A program made the translations under genes and the position numbers. Below the pieces are notes generated by a model. That model ran no database searches, was not told the origin of the DNA, and saw only the letters and a program-made list of their open reading frames with translations. This document shows positions 26,024 through 35,267 of a stretch of 64,000 nucleotides of DNA, piece after piece. Within the stretch, counting starts at the first letter, position 1, and each line of letters starts with the position of its first letter. Source of the stretch: Candidatus Latescibacterota bacterium (lineage in GTDB: Bacteria > Latescibacterota > UBA2968 > UBA8231); assembly GCA_965219385.1 (NCBI GenBank), contig CBDCNM010000002.1, positions 3,854,305-3,918,304 of the forward strand, written 5' to 3'.

Positions 26024-26902
26024 ATGGTTACCAGCATGACGGGTTTCGGCAGTAGCGCGGTAGAAGAGCAGGGTGTGCGCGTGCGCGTCGAACTGCGCTC
26101 GGTAAACAGTCGCTTCAGCGATATTCAGGTGCGCCGTCCCCCGAGCCTCCAGGAGTTCGAGCCCGGTATCAGGGAGCGACTTCAGAGCCGCGTTGCGCGC
26201 GGCAAGCTCACCGCCACCGTAGATCTGGAGGAAAGCCTGGAGGGCAGCGGACTGCCGCGTCTGGACGAGGAGGTAGCCCGGCGCTATCTAGTCGAGTTGC
26301 AACGCCTGCAGGGTCTGTGCGGACTCGAAGGAAAGGCGGACCTGAACCTCCTGGTCGGTTTGCCCGGGTTGTTCAAGGCCGAGACCGTGGAGTTGGAAAG
26401 AGAGGAAATGGAGAAACTGGTTTTCCAGGCAGTGGACCAGGCCCTGGACGAGTTTGAGCACATGCGCGCCGAGGAAGGACGCATGCTCGCAGCGGATTTG
26501 CAGGCCCGGGTGGGCAAGCTGGAGAAAAACCTGGGGCGGATCCAGGAGATGGCCGCCCAGACGCGAGAGCAGACCCGAACCCGGCTGCGGGAAAAGATAG
26601 AGGCCCTGCTGGCGCCCGGAGAGGTGGACGAGGACCGGCTGGCCATGGAGGTCGCCCTGATCGCCGAGCGCAGCGATATCACCGAGGAGATCGTGCGCTT
26701 TCACAGCCACAATGCGCAGTTTATCACTGCTCTCGAAAAGGGAGAAGAAGTGGGGCGGCGCCTCAATTTTCTGCTGCAGGAGATTCATAGGGAGGCCAAT
26801 ACCATCAGTTCCAAGGCGGCTGAATCCGAGATCATTCACCTGGTAGTGGAGATCAAGGAAGAGGTAGAACGCCTGCGGGAACAGGTGCAGAACCTCGCCT
26901 GA
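26024..26902 (+). CDS. yicC: YicC/YloC family endoribonuclease
   Basis: SMTGFG, ELRSVNSR, DITEEIVR, GRRLNFLLQEIHREANTISSK and REQVQN. Confidence 0.95.
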   Translation: MVTSMTGFGSSAVEEQGVRVRVELRSVNSRFSDIQVRRPPSLQEFEPGIRERLQSRVARGKLTATVDLEESLEGSGLPRLDEEVARRYLVELQRLQGLCGLEGKADLNLLVGLPGLFKAETVELEREEMEKLVFQAVDQALDEFEHMRAEEGRMLAADLQARVGKLEKNLGRIQEMAAQTREQTRTRLREKIEALLAPGEVDEDRLAMEVALIAERSDITEEIVRFHSHNAQFITALEKGEEVGRRLNFLLQEIHREANTISSKAAESEIIHLVVEIKEEVERLREQVQNLA

Positions 26903-26921
26903 AGAACAAGTAGGACAGACA

Positions 26922-27467
26922 GTGTGCATCGTCACGGTAAGCGGGTTGCCCGGCAGCGGCACCAGTACGGTTTGTGGACTCTTGAGCAAGCAACTGGCGT
27001 GGCACTATATCGACGCCGGGCAAATTTTCCGCCAGCTGGCCCGGGAAGCGGGCGTATCCCTGGCTGAATTCGGCCGCCGGGCAGAACAGGATGGCCGCAT
27101 CGATAGAGACCTGGATGCGCGCATGGTGGATGCGGTACAGCAGCACCAAGGCATCGTCCTGGAAGGGCGCATCACAGGCTGGATGTTGCACCGCAAGGGT
27201 TTGCCCGCCCTGAAGGTCTGGCTCGAGGCCCCGGTGGAGATCCGCGCCGACCGGGTGGGGAAACGCGATGGCCAGATCTTTGAGCAAACCAGTCGGGATA
27301 TGGCGGAACGGCAGCGCTCGGAACGCCGGCGCTACAGCCGACACCACAGCATTGATATAGAGGATCTGGCGATTTATGACCTGATCATCGATACGGAGTC
27401 TATCCCGCCGGCGCAGGTGGTAGACCGGATCGTCAGCTGCTTGCAGGAGAAAAAGGCGGGAAAGTAA
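26922..27467 (+). CDS. cmk: Cytidylate kinase, archaeal (type 2) family
   Basis: 181 aa: VTVSGLPGSGTST, AGQIFRQLA, IDRDLD, VLEGRITGW, RSERRRY and DLAIYDLIIDT. It lacks the Gmk 'TTRxxRxGE' GMP-binding region. Confidence 0.85.
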   Translation: MCIVTVSGLPGSGTSTVCGLLSKQLAWHYIDAGQIFRQLAREAGVSLAEFGRRAEQDGRIDRDLDARMVDAVQQHQGIVLEGRITGWMLHRKGLPALKVWLEAPVEIRADRVGKRDGQIFEQTSRDMAERQRSERRRYSRHHSIDIEDLAIYDLIIDTESIPPAQVVDRIVSCLQEKKAGK

Positions 27468-27500
27468 GCGATCTGTTAAAGAGCACGAAGAGACCTGAAT

Positions 27501-28706
27501 ATGACCTTAAATGGACGCAACATACTCCTGGGTATCAGCGGGGGGATCGCCGCTTACAAGGCCCCGCTGATCCTGCGCGAACTAGTGGGGTACGGGGCGG
27601 ATGTGCGGGTGGTGATAACCCAGGCGGGCCGCGAATTCGTCTCCCCTACAACCCTGGAAGTACTCTCGAAGCACCCGGTCCACACCGGGTTGTTCGAGCG
27701 CACGGAAGAATTTCCGGTGCTGCACGTGGGGCTGGCGGAGTGGGCGGATCTGGTGCTGATCACTCCGGCTACCGCCCACATCATCGGCAAGATGGCCGGC
27801 GGCCTGGGGGACGACCTGCTCTCCACCCTGATGCTGAGCTTTGCGGGACCGGTGATCCTGGCGCCGTCCATGGAAGAAAACATGTTGCACAACCCGCTGG
27901 TGCAGCGCAATATCCGGTGTCTGCAGGAACGGGGTTTTGCCTGGCTAGAACCCGAGGAAGGTGAGCTGGCTTCCGGCGCCATCGGCCAGGGACGACTGCC
28001 CGAGCCAGACCGTATCGCCGAGCACGTGATCGAGCACTTCAAATCCACCGAGGATCTGAAGGGGCTGCGGTTGCTGGTGACGGCCGGTCCCACCGTGGAG
28101 GACCTGGATCCGGTGCGTTTCATCAGCAATCGCTCTTCAGGCAAGATGGGCTACGCCCTGGCGCAACGGGCTCGGGCGCGCGGTGCCAGGGTCTGGCTGG
28201 TTTCCGGCCCTACTGCTTTGCCGCCGCCCGCCGGGGTGGAGTTCAAAGCCGTGCGTTCGACCCTGCAGATGCAGGCTGCCGTGGAGGAGGTGTTCGGCCA
28301 GGTGGACGGCGCCATCCTGGCTGCGGCCGTGGCCGACTACCGGGCCGGCGAAGTAGCCGGCGAAAAGATCAAGCGGGGTAGAGGGCCGCTGGTCCTCGAA
28401 CTGGTGGAAAATCCGGACATTGCCGCGGCCCTGGGGCAGCGCAAGGACCGGCAGGTGCTGGTGTGCTTTGCCATGGAGACCGAAGAGGGGGTGGAACGCG
28501 CCCGGGAAAAACTGCGGCGCAAGAACTGCGACCTGATTGCTTTGAACAATCTGCGCGACGAGGGCGCCGGTTTTGCCGTGGATACCAATGTCGTGACCCT
28601 GATCGATGCCCGGGGCCAGGTCCAGTCCCTGGATAAGATGAGCAAGCTGGATGTGGCCGACCGCATCCTGGACCGGGTGCGCGGATTGTGCCGGCAACGG
28701 GCTTGA
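27501..28706 (+). CDS. coaBC: Bifunctional phosphopantothenoylcysteine decarboxylase / phosphopantothenate-cysteine ligase
   Basis: GGIAAYK, PATA, TAGPTVEDLDPVRFISNRSSGKMG, AAVADY, KIK, NPDI and FAMET. Confidence 0.96.
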   Translation: MTLNGRNILLGISGGIAAYKAPLILRELVGYGADVRVVITQAGREFVSPTTLEVLSKHPVHTGLFERTEEFPVLHVGLAEWADLVLITPATAHIIGKMAGGLGDDLLSTLMLSFAGPVILAPSMEENMLHNPLVQRNIRCLQERGFAWLEPEEGELASGAIGQGRLPEPDRIAEHVIEHFKSTEDLKGLRLLVTAGPTVEDLDPVRFISNRSSGKMGYALAQRARARGARVWLVSGPTALPPPAGVEFKAVRSTLQMQAAVEEVFGQVDGAILAAAVADYRAGEVAGEKIKRGRGPLVLELVENPDIAAALGQRKDRQVLVCFAMETEEGVERAREKLRRKNCDLIALNNLRDEGAGFAVDTNVVTLIDARGQVQSLDKMSKLDVADRILDRVRGLCRQRA

Positions 28707-28765
28707 CGGGGTTGCATACAGAGGAATACAGAGGAGATCTTCACCAATAACGAGAGGTCTGTGCC

Positions 28766-29476
28766 ATGGGGAGCCAAGAAGCAGCAGCCGAAATTGCCCT
28801 GCAGGTGCGGTGCTTTCTGGAGGACCTGGCCGCCTTTGAAGGACCCCACTTTCTGGTCCCCACCGCGGTCTGGGAAGAGCCGGGGCCGCCCCGGGAGGAG
28901 GCAAAGCCCGGCTCGCCGGCCGCCGAACTCGAGGCGTTCCGGCGGCAAATCTGCGAATGCACCAGGTGCTCTCTGGGACACACCCGAAAAAACTTCGTGT
29001 TCGGCGCGGGCAATCCCGAGGCCGATATCATGTTCATCGGCGAGGCCCCCGGCGCCGATGAAGACCGCCAGGGGCTCCCCTTCGTGGGGAGTGCCGGCCA
29101 GCTACTGACCAGGATCATCGAGGCCATTCAGCTGCGGCGCGAGGATGTGTTCATCTGCAATGTGCTGAAGTGTCGACCGCCCAACAACCGGGACCCACAG
29201 CCGGATGAGATCGAGTTGTGCGAGCCTTATCTGAAGCGCCAGATCGAGATCGTCCAGCCCAGGATCATCTGCACCCTGGGGCGCTTTGCCAGCCAGACTT
29301 TGTTGAAGACCCAGGAGTCCATGGGCCGGCTGCGCGGCCGGTTGCACCACTACGATGGCATCCCGGTGATCGCCACCTATCACCCGGCCGCCCTGTTGCA
29401 CCACCCGCGGTGGAAGCGGGCGACCTGGGAGGATATGAAAAAGTTGCGGCGGGAGTACGACGGCCTGGAACTTTGA
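28766..29476 (+). CDS. udg: Uracil-DNA glycosylase, family 4 (Fe-S)
   Basis: [24 protein letters not shown] and TYHPAA motifs. Confidence 0.93.
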   Translation: MGSQEAAAEIALQVRCFLEDLAAFEGPHFLVPTAVWEEPGPPREEAKPGSPAAELEAFRRQICECTRCSLGHTRKNFVFGAGNPEADIMFIGEAPGADEDRQGLPFVGSAGQLLTRIIEAIQLRREDVFICNVLKCRPPNNRDPQPDEIELCEPYLKRQIEIVQPRIICTLGRFASQTLLKTQESMGRLRGRLHHYDGIPVIATYHPAALLHHPRWKRATWEDMKKLRREYDGLEL

Positions 29477-29495
29477 GTAGAGAGGCAATGAGCTT

Positions 29496-31310
29496 ATGAG
29501 TCAGGCACGGCCCAACAATGGCCAGAGTGTGGAACGCATGCCGCCCCAGGCGGTGGAGGTGGAGCAGGCGGTCCTGGGCGCTATGTTCATCGACCAGGGA
29601 GCCATTGGCCGGGCTCTGGAGGTTCTGGATGAGGGTTGTTTCTACGACACCCGGCATGCCCGGATCTACCAGGCCGTAAAAAGCCTGTACGAACGCAACG
29701 AAGCCGTGGACCAGCTGACCGTGGGCGAAGAGTTGCGGCGGCGCAGCCAGCTCGAGGAAGTCGGGGGCGTGGTCTATCTGGCCACCCTGGCCACCGAAGT
29801 CGCCACCGCGGCCAATATCGACTACCACGCCAGAATCGTTCTCGAAAAGTCTCTGAGTCGCCGGCTGATCGAGACCGCCGGCCAGATTGCCGAACAGGCT
29901 TACCAGGACAGCGAACGCGTCCACGAGTTGATCGATTGGGTCGAGCAAAGGATCTTCAGTCTGTCGGAACGGCAGCTGGGTCGAGGTTTCGAACCCCTGG
30001 AAGAGGTCCTGGGAGACACCCTCGAACAGGTCGAGCGGGCCCACAACCAGGTCAGCACGGTTTCGGGGGTGGAAACCGGGTACACCGAGTTGAACGACCT
30101 CACTTCGGGTTTCCAGAAGGGCGATCTGGTCGTCCTGGCGGCCCGGCCGAGTGTGGGAAAGACAGCTCTGGCCCTGGCTCTGGCCCGCAATGCCGCCATG
30201 AACGCGGGGGTGGGGGTGGCTGTTTTCAGCCTGGAAATGGCCAAGATGCAGGTGGCCCAGCGCCTCCTGTGCATCGAGACTCGGCTGGATCTGCACAAGC
30301 TGCGCACCGGTCGGCTGCGGGACGAGGACTGGATGAACCTGACCCGCAATGTCGGCCGTCTGGCCCAGGCGCCGATCTACATCGACGATACCGCCGGTAT
30401 CACCGCGCTGGAAGCCCGCGCCAAGGCCCGTCGGCTGCAGCGCGACCAGGGCATCGGCCTGATCGTGGTCGACTACTTGCAGCTGATGGGTTCGCACGAG
30501 CGCCTCAACAACCGCGAGCAGGAAATTTCGCATATCTCCCGCAGTCTCAAGGGGCTGGCCAAGGAGCTGGATGTGCCGGTGCTGGCCCTGTCACAGCTGT
30601 CGCGCGCGGTGGAAAGCCGCACGGACCGGAGGCCGCAGCTGTCGGATTTGAGGGAATCGGGGTGCCTGGCCGGAGATACCTTGATCGCCAGGGCCGATAC
30701 TGGAGAGAGGATACCCATACGGGGGGTACTGGACAGCCCTGACATCTGTGTATGGGCGTTGAATCAGGCAACCAACAAGATCGAAAAAGCGCCGGTAAGC
30801 AATGCTTTCCGCACCGGGGTCAAGCCGGTTTTTCGGCTCGCAACCCGGCCGGGCCGGACCATAAGAGCCACGGCGAATCACAAATTCCTTACCCTGGAAG
30901 GCTGGGAGCGGCTGGACGAGCTGGCCAAAGGGCAGTATATCGCTTTTCCCAGGCACCTGGCAGACAGCGGTATCTGTTGGGACGAGATCGCAACCATTGA
31001 ACCTGCAGGTGAGGAGGAAGTCTTCGATCTCACCGTGCCGGGGTTCCACAACTTTGTCGCCGATGATATCGTAGTGCACAACAGTATCGAACAGGATGCG
31101 GATGTGGTAATGTTCATCTACCGCCCGGAGATCTACGGCCTCAAGGCCCCGGACGGGAGCAGTCTGGAGGGGGTGGCCGAGATCATCGTGGGCAAACAGC
31201 GCAACGGCCCCACCGGTTCGGTGCAACTGATGTGGAACGCGGAGTGCGCCAGCTACGAAAACAGGGCGCCGGACTGGCAGATCGACGAGGGGGGAGGGGA
31301 GAATTTTTAG
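29496..31310 (+). CDS. dnaB: Replicative DNA helicase DnaB containing a mini-intein
   Basis: PPQAVEVEQAVLG, AARPSVGKT, FSLEM, VDYLQL, LSQLSR, SDLRESG...SIEQDAD and KQRNGPTG. Confidence 0.97.
   Translation: MSQARPNNGQSVERMPPQAVEVEQAVLGAMFIDQGAIGRALEVLDEGCFYDTRHARIYQAVKSLYERNEAVDQLTVGEELRRRSQLEEVGGVVYLATLATEVATAANIDYHARIVLEKSLSRRLIETAGQIAEQAYQDSERVHELIDWVEQRIFSLSERQLGRGFEPLEEVLGDTLEQVERAHNQVSTVSGVETGYTELNDLTSGFQKGDLVVLAARPSVGKTALALALARNAAMNAGVGVAVFSLEMAKMQVAQRLLCIETRLDLHKLRTGRLRDEDWMNLTRNVGRLAQAPIYIDDTAGITALEARAKARRLQRDQGIGLIVVDYLQLMGSHERLNNREQEISHISRSLKGLAKELDVPVLALSQLSRAVESRTDRRPQLSDLRESGCLAGDTLIARADTGERIPIRGVLDSPDICVWALNQATNKIEKAPVSNAFRTGVKPVFRLATRPGRTIRATANHKFLTLEGWERLDELAKGQYIAFPRHLADSGICWDEIATIEPAGEEEVFDLTVPGFHNFVADDIVVHNSIEQDADVVMFIYRPEIYGLKAPDGSSLEGVAEIIVGKQRNGPTGSVQLMWNAECASYENRAPDWQIDEGGGENF
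30663..31082 (+). other. 140-aa mini-intein (no homing endonuclease) in DnaB
   Basis: Inserted between ESG and SIEQDAD. Block A CLAGDT, block B ATANHKFLT, block F VFDLTV, block G IVVHN followed by +1 Ser. Confidence 0.95.
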
Positions 31311-31747
31311 GTTTGGCGATGGGCGTCTCCGCGGGGAAATCGCTGTTCTATGTGGACCTGGGCCCAGTTGGCCCGGACGTGGGCCTTCCACCGGGTCAAC
31401 GCCTCAATCCGCTTCCGGTCGTTGTTCAACTGTTCCCAGCGCTCGTGGTTGGGCAGGTACAGGACTTCGGCGTATTCGCGCACCATGCGGTTGGCGCTGA
31501 AGGCCGGGGCCAGGGCGGCAATCGCCTCTTTCATACGGACAATCCAACCTGCGGGTAAACCGGTTGCGTTGCGCTGGTAGAACAGGGGGACCACTTCGGT
31601 TTCGAGCAGGTCGCAGAGGGCGTTTGATTCGACTTCATCCTGGTAATCCACATCCTCGTACTCCTCGCCCATGCCAATGGTCCAGCCGGAGTGACGCTCG
31701 CAGGCTTCGACCCACCAGCCGGACCTGTCCTGGTCTGGTGCGGGCAA
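31307..31747 (-). pseudogene. glgP: C-terminal fragment of an alpha-glucan (glycogen) phosphorylase
   Basis: GWWVEA...GWTIG...QDEVESNAL..LLE.EVVPLFY...W..RMK...F.ANRMVREY matches the GlgP C-terminus; most of the protein is absent. Confidence 0.8.
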
Positions 31748-31817
31748 GGCGCTATTTTATATTTTCACTTCCTCTCTTTTTACCAGAAAATCCAGTCTTC
31801 TAACCAGGAGTTGGGGA

Positions 31818-32831
31818 ATGGCCAGCAAGCCTGAAGTGATCATCAGTGGATTTGCCGACGAGGGCCCGGTGGACAAAAAGGCGGAAGCACAGCTCGCCAT
31901 GCTTGCCGCCCTCGGGATGTCCTACTACAGTCTGCGCTTTGTGGACGTGGGCCAGGGGGTGAAGAACGCGATGCAATTGACCCGGCGCGAGATCCGGCGC
32001 CTGCAGCGGCTGCACGCCGACTTCGGCATTCAGGTCTCTTCGATCGGCTCCCCCATCGGCAAGGTGAAGCTGGTGGACGTGGAAGACGGCACCGGCAATG
32101 CCTACATCCCGTTTGCGGCCTACCTGAAGAGGGAGGTGGCCCGGGCGATCGAACTGGCCCAGGCCTTCGACACCCGGCTGATCCGCGGGTTTTCCTTTTA
32201 TAATCCCAAGGGAACCCGTCCCGAGGACTACCTCGAGTCGGCGGCCGAACAACTGGCGCAAATCGCCGAGTCGTGTCAGAAGGCCGGGTTGTTCTTCGGC
32301 CTCGAGGTCGAGGCCAACCTGATAGGACGGAACGGCCGGTTGTCAATGCAGCTTTACCGCAAGGTGAACAATCCGCACCTCTACCTGATTTTCGACGGGG
32401 GCAACCTGGCTACTCAGAACCTGACGCCGGTGCAGACCTTTGCGGAGTACCAGGCCATGAAGCAGGGTATCGGCTGGATGCACATCAAGGACTATCGGAT
32501 TGATCCGGAGCTGGAATGGCAGGGGCATGTGGACGAGGAACGGCTGCAAAATTTCGTGCCTGCCGACCAGGGCGATTCCGGCCACGAAGCCATCCTGCGG
32601 GACTTCCGGGAACGCATCCCGGTCCTCCAGCGCCGGCTGCGCCGGCAGGGGATCCCCGGGGTCTTCCTGGACCTGGAGCCCCATCTGCAGGGCGGGGGGC
32701 AGTTTGGCGGGTTCAGTGGGGTGGACGGTTTTGGCGTGGCGTTGCGTGGGTTGTTGAACCTGCTGGACTATGTGGGGATCGGGTATGGCTTGACCGACTA
32801 CGGGGATGTTCTGGCGCGCAAGGGTGGATAA
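31818..32831 (+). CDS. Sugar phosphate isomerase/epimerase (xylose isomerase-like TIM barrel)
   Basis: SGFADE, SSIGSPIGK, IRGFSFY, FDGGN, HIKD and LEPHL; AGGAG RBS. Confidence 0.88.
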   Translation: MASKPEVIISGFADEGPVDKKAEAQLAMLAALGMSYYSLRFVDVGQGVKNAMQLTRREIRRLQRLHADFGIQVSSIGSPIGKVKLVDVEDGTGNAYIPFAAYLKREVARAIELAQAFDTRLIRGFSFYNPKGTRPEDYLESAAEQLAQIAESCQKAGLFFGLEVEANLIGRNGRLSMQLYRKVNNPHLYLIFDGGNLATQNLTPVQTFAEYQAMKQGIGWMHIKDYRIDPELEWQGHVDEERLQNFVPADQGDSGHEAILRDFRERIPVLQRRLRRQGIPGVFLDLEPHLQGGGQFGGFSGVDGFGVALRGLLNLLDYVGIGYGLTDYGDVLARKGG

Positions 32832-32852
32832 GGGGTTTGCGGGTGGGGCGAC

Positions 32853-32895
32853 GGCAGAGAGGGGAAATGGTCGTCGGCCAGATCCCCTCTCTGCC
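32853..32895. terminator. Stem-loop between convergent genes
   Basis: Perfect 13-bp stem GGCAGAGAGGGGA / TCCCCTCTCTGCC with a 17-nt loop. Confidence 0.5.
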
Positions 32896-32908
32896 TAAAA
32901 CCGGGTTC

Positions 32909-34132
32909 TTAGATTCCCTGAGCCACCAGTTTTGCGTGCTGTCTTTTGAAACCAGCGCTGCCGTCGTCTTCGATGACCTCGAGGTCGACGCCGCGCTCGA
33001 ACCCGGGGATATTGCCCTGGTAAAATTCCGTCTGGTAGGCCGCTTCGTTGGTGAAGTCCCAGATCCTCTTTTTCTTGTCCACCCCAGGCCAGTTTATCCT
33101 CAGGATGCGCTTGTTCTGACGATAGCGGTCCGTAGGAGAGGGACCGCCCGGATCCACCCTGTATCTTTTAAGGGCCTTCTCATCCACCTCGATTCCCAGA
33201 CCCGGACCCTCCGGAACCGCCATGTAGCCGTTTTCCACCTCGAGGCGCTTTTTGAGCAGGTCGTGTTTCCACAGCTCGTGGCAGGTGATGTAGGGCAACT
33301 GGGCGTGGGAGAGGACCGCGCCCAGGTGCATGGCATAGGCCGCGGTGATGCCGGTGCCCACGATTTGCAACCAGAAGGGCTTGTTGAAGGAGGAGGCCAG
33401 GGCATCCTGGCGGCGGGCATCGGGACCGCCGCCGCACACAAAGCCGTCGCAGCAGTCGGCGTGCACCAGTTCCTCGCGGAAGTGTTCGACGATGGGCTTG
33501 CGCACCCTCTCGCGCAGAATCCGGGCCCCTTCGAGGTCTTTGGATAAATAGAAGGGACTCTCGTACATCCCCACATTGGGATGCTCGTCGAGCTGCTGGA
33601 GAATGATCTCGGCCCTGGGCTGGTTCAGGAGGAAGCCGTTGAAGTCCACGTCGAATTTGTAGTCGTGCGGCACCACTTTGCCGACGGTTTCTATCTGCTG
33701 GACTATATCCCGCCAGGGGCGCGCCTTCATCTTGAAACTGGTGTAGCCGCGCTTGAGTGATTCCCGCGCCTCGGCGGCCCAGTCTTGCGGGGGCATGTCG
33801 ATGTCCCACCAGGAGATGGGGCAGCGCTTGCGCACCTGGGTGCCCAGCAGAGCGTGCACCGGCACGCCGGCGTCCTGGCCCACTACATCCAGCACTGCAA
33901 TATGGGCGCCCATACCCAGGGAGCTGTCGTTGAGGAGGGCGTAGGGATTCCGACCTTTCAAAGCCTCGGCGCCGCCACTGCCGTCGCCGTAACCGACGAT
34001 GCCGTTGTCGGTTTCAATGCGGCACACCTGCATGCGTTCCGAGTGGGTCTGGGCTCGCTGCATGGCGCGGGTGACGCGCCTGGCGTAAAAGGGGATATCC
34101 AGGGTCAGTGTTTCGACGTGTTTGATTTTCAT
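32909..34132 (-). CDS. Mandelate racemase / muconate lactonizing enzyme (enolase superfamily) protein
   Basis: IETDNGIVGYG, DVVGQDAGVPVHALLG, KMK, DFN, ESP and VPEGPGLGIE motifs. Confidence 0.88.
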   Translation of the reverse strand: MKIKHVETLTLDIPFYARRVTRAMQRAQTHSERMQVCRIETDNGIVGYGDGSGGAEALKGRNPYALLNDSSLGMGAHIAVLDVVGQDAGVPVHALLGTQVRKRCPISWWDIDMPPQDWAAEARESLKRGYTSFKMKARPWRDIVQQIETVGKVVPHDYKFDVDFNGFLLNQPRAEIILQQLDEHPNVGMYESPFYLSKDLEGARILRERVRKPIVEHFREELVHADCCDGFVCGGGPDARRQDALASSFNKPFWLQIVGTGITAAYAMHLGAVLSHAQLPYITCHELWKHDLLKKRLEVENGYMAVPEGPGLGIEVDEKALKRYRVDPGGPSPTDRYRQNKRILRINWPGVDKKKRIWDFTNEAAYQTEFYQGNIPGFERGVDLEVIEDDGSAGFKRQHAKLVAQGI

Positions 34133-34228
34133 TGGAGAAAACCTCCTTTGGGCGTTGAAGGGGCCAGGATGGTGCAAAGTATACGATTATTTATCCTCTG
34201 GAACAAACCTTTTCGGTTGTAGAGGGGT

Positions 34229-35251
34229 TTATCCGATGGTTTCCCGCAGCAGCTGCAGGTGGTTTTCGCCCAGAATCTTGCGGATGTCGTCCCGGGGGTA
34301 GTTCCGCGCCTCCAGGCCGGCGGTGATGCTCGGGTAAGCCGTGGCATCCTCGAGCAAATCGCCGCCGCCGTCAAAGTCCGAACCCAGAGCCACATGGTCG
34401 ATGCCGGCCTGTTGAACCGCGTGATCGATATGATCTAGGAGGCTCTCCAGGTCGGGAGCATCGGGATGGAGGAACTCGGGTACGAAGGTGAGGGCGACCA
34501 CCCCTCCCTGTGCGGCCAGGGCCTTGAGCTGCTCGTCCGTGAGGTTGCGCGGATGCTGGCACAAGGCCCGGCAGCAACTGTGCGAAGCAAGGACGGGAGC
34601 CTGGCTGTGGTCCAGGGTATTCCAGAAGCCTGGGTCGTTGAGGTGGGATACGTCCACCAGCATGCCCAGCTGGTTCATCCGTTGCACCACGGTGCGGCCA
34701 AAGCCGGTGAGGCCCCCTCCGTTTTCTACTTCGCATCCATCGCCCGCCCAGGTGCGGGTGCTGTGGGTCAGGGTCATGGTGCGCACGCCCGCCTCGTAGA
34801 ATGCGTGCAGCACGTGCTGGCTCTGTTCCAGGGCATTGCTGTTTTCAATGGCCAGGATAGCCGCCAGCCTGCCCTCCTCCTTGGCCCGGGTGATGTCCTC
34901 TGCCCGGCGCGCCACCACCAAGTCCTCGGGGTGCTCATCCACTTCGCGGGCGAAAAAACCCAGGGCATCCATGGCGTAGAGCAGGTAGTTGTTCCAGGCG
35001 CTGGTGACATCCACGGCAAAGAAAGCCGCGTCTATGCCGCCGGCCCGCATTTTGGGGATGTCGAGTTGAACCGGCTGCTGGGCCAGGGGGCCGCGAGCCC
35101 CCCGAAGGTGGGCCACGGCGCCGTTCCGCTCAACCCGTTCAGGGGTGTTCTCCTGGTTGAAACCGAGGTTGTTGGCACGAATGTGGGTGACGATGCTGTC
35201 GTTGTGGGAATCAATGACCAGGGCTTCCTGGTGGAGTTGCCGGGTTGTCAT
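34229..35251 (-). CDS. Membrane dipeptidase (peptidase M19)
   Basis: DSHND, TLTH, VDVSH, ASHS, HPRN and GSDFDG motifs. Confidence 0.93.
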   Translation of the reverse strand: MTTRQLHQEALVIDSHNDSIVTHIRANNLGFNQENTPERVERNGAVAHLRGARGPLAQQPVQLDIPKMRAGGIDAAFFAVDVTSAWNNYLLYAMDALGFFAREVDEHPEDLVVARRAEDITRAKEEGRLAAILAIENSNALEQSQHVLHAFYEAGVRTMTLTHSTRTWAGDGCEVENGGGLTGFGRTVVQRMNQLGMLVDVSHLNDPGFWNTLDHSQAPVLASHSCCRALCQHPRNLTDEQLKALAAQGGVVALTFVPEFLHPDAPDLESLLDHIDHAVQQAGIDHVALGSDFDGGGDLLEDATAYPSITAGLEARNYPRDDIRKILGENHLQLLRETIG

Positions 35252-35267
35252 GGATGAGGTGCTCCGA

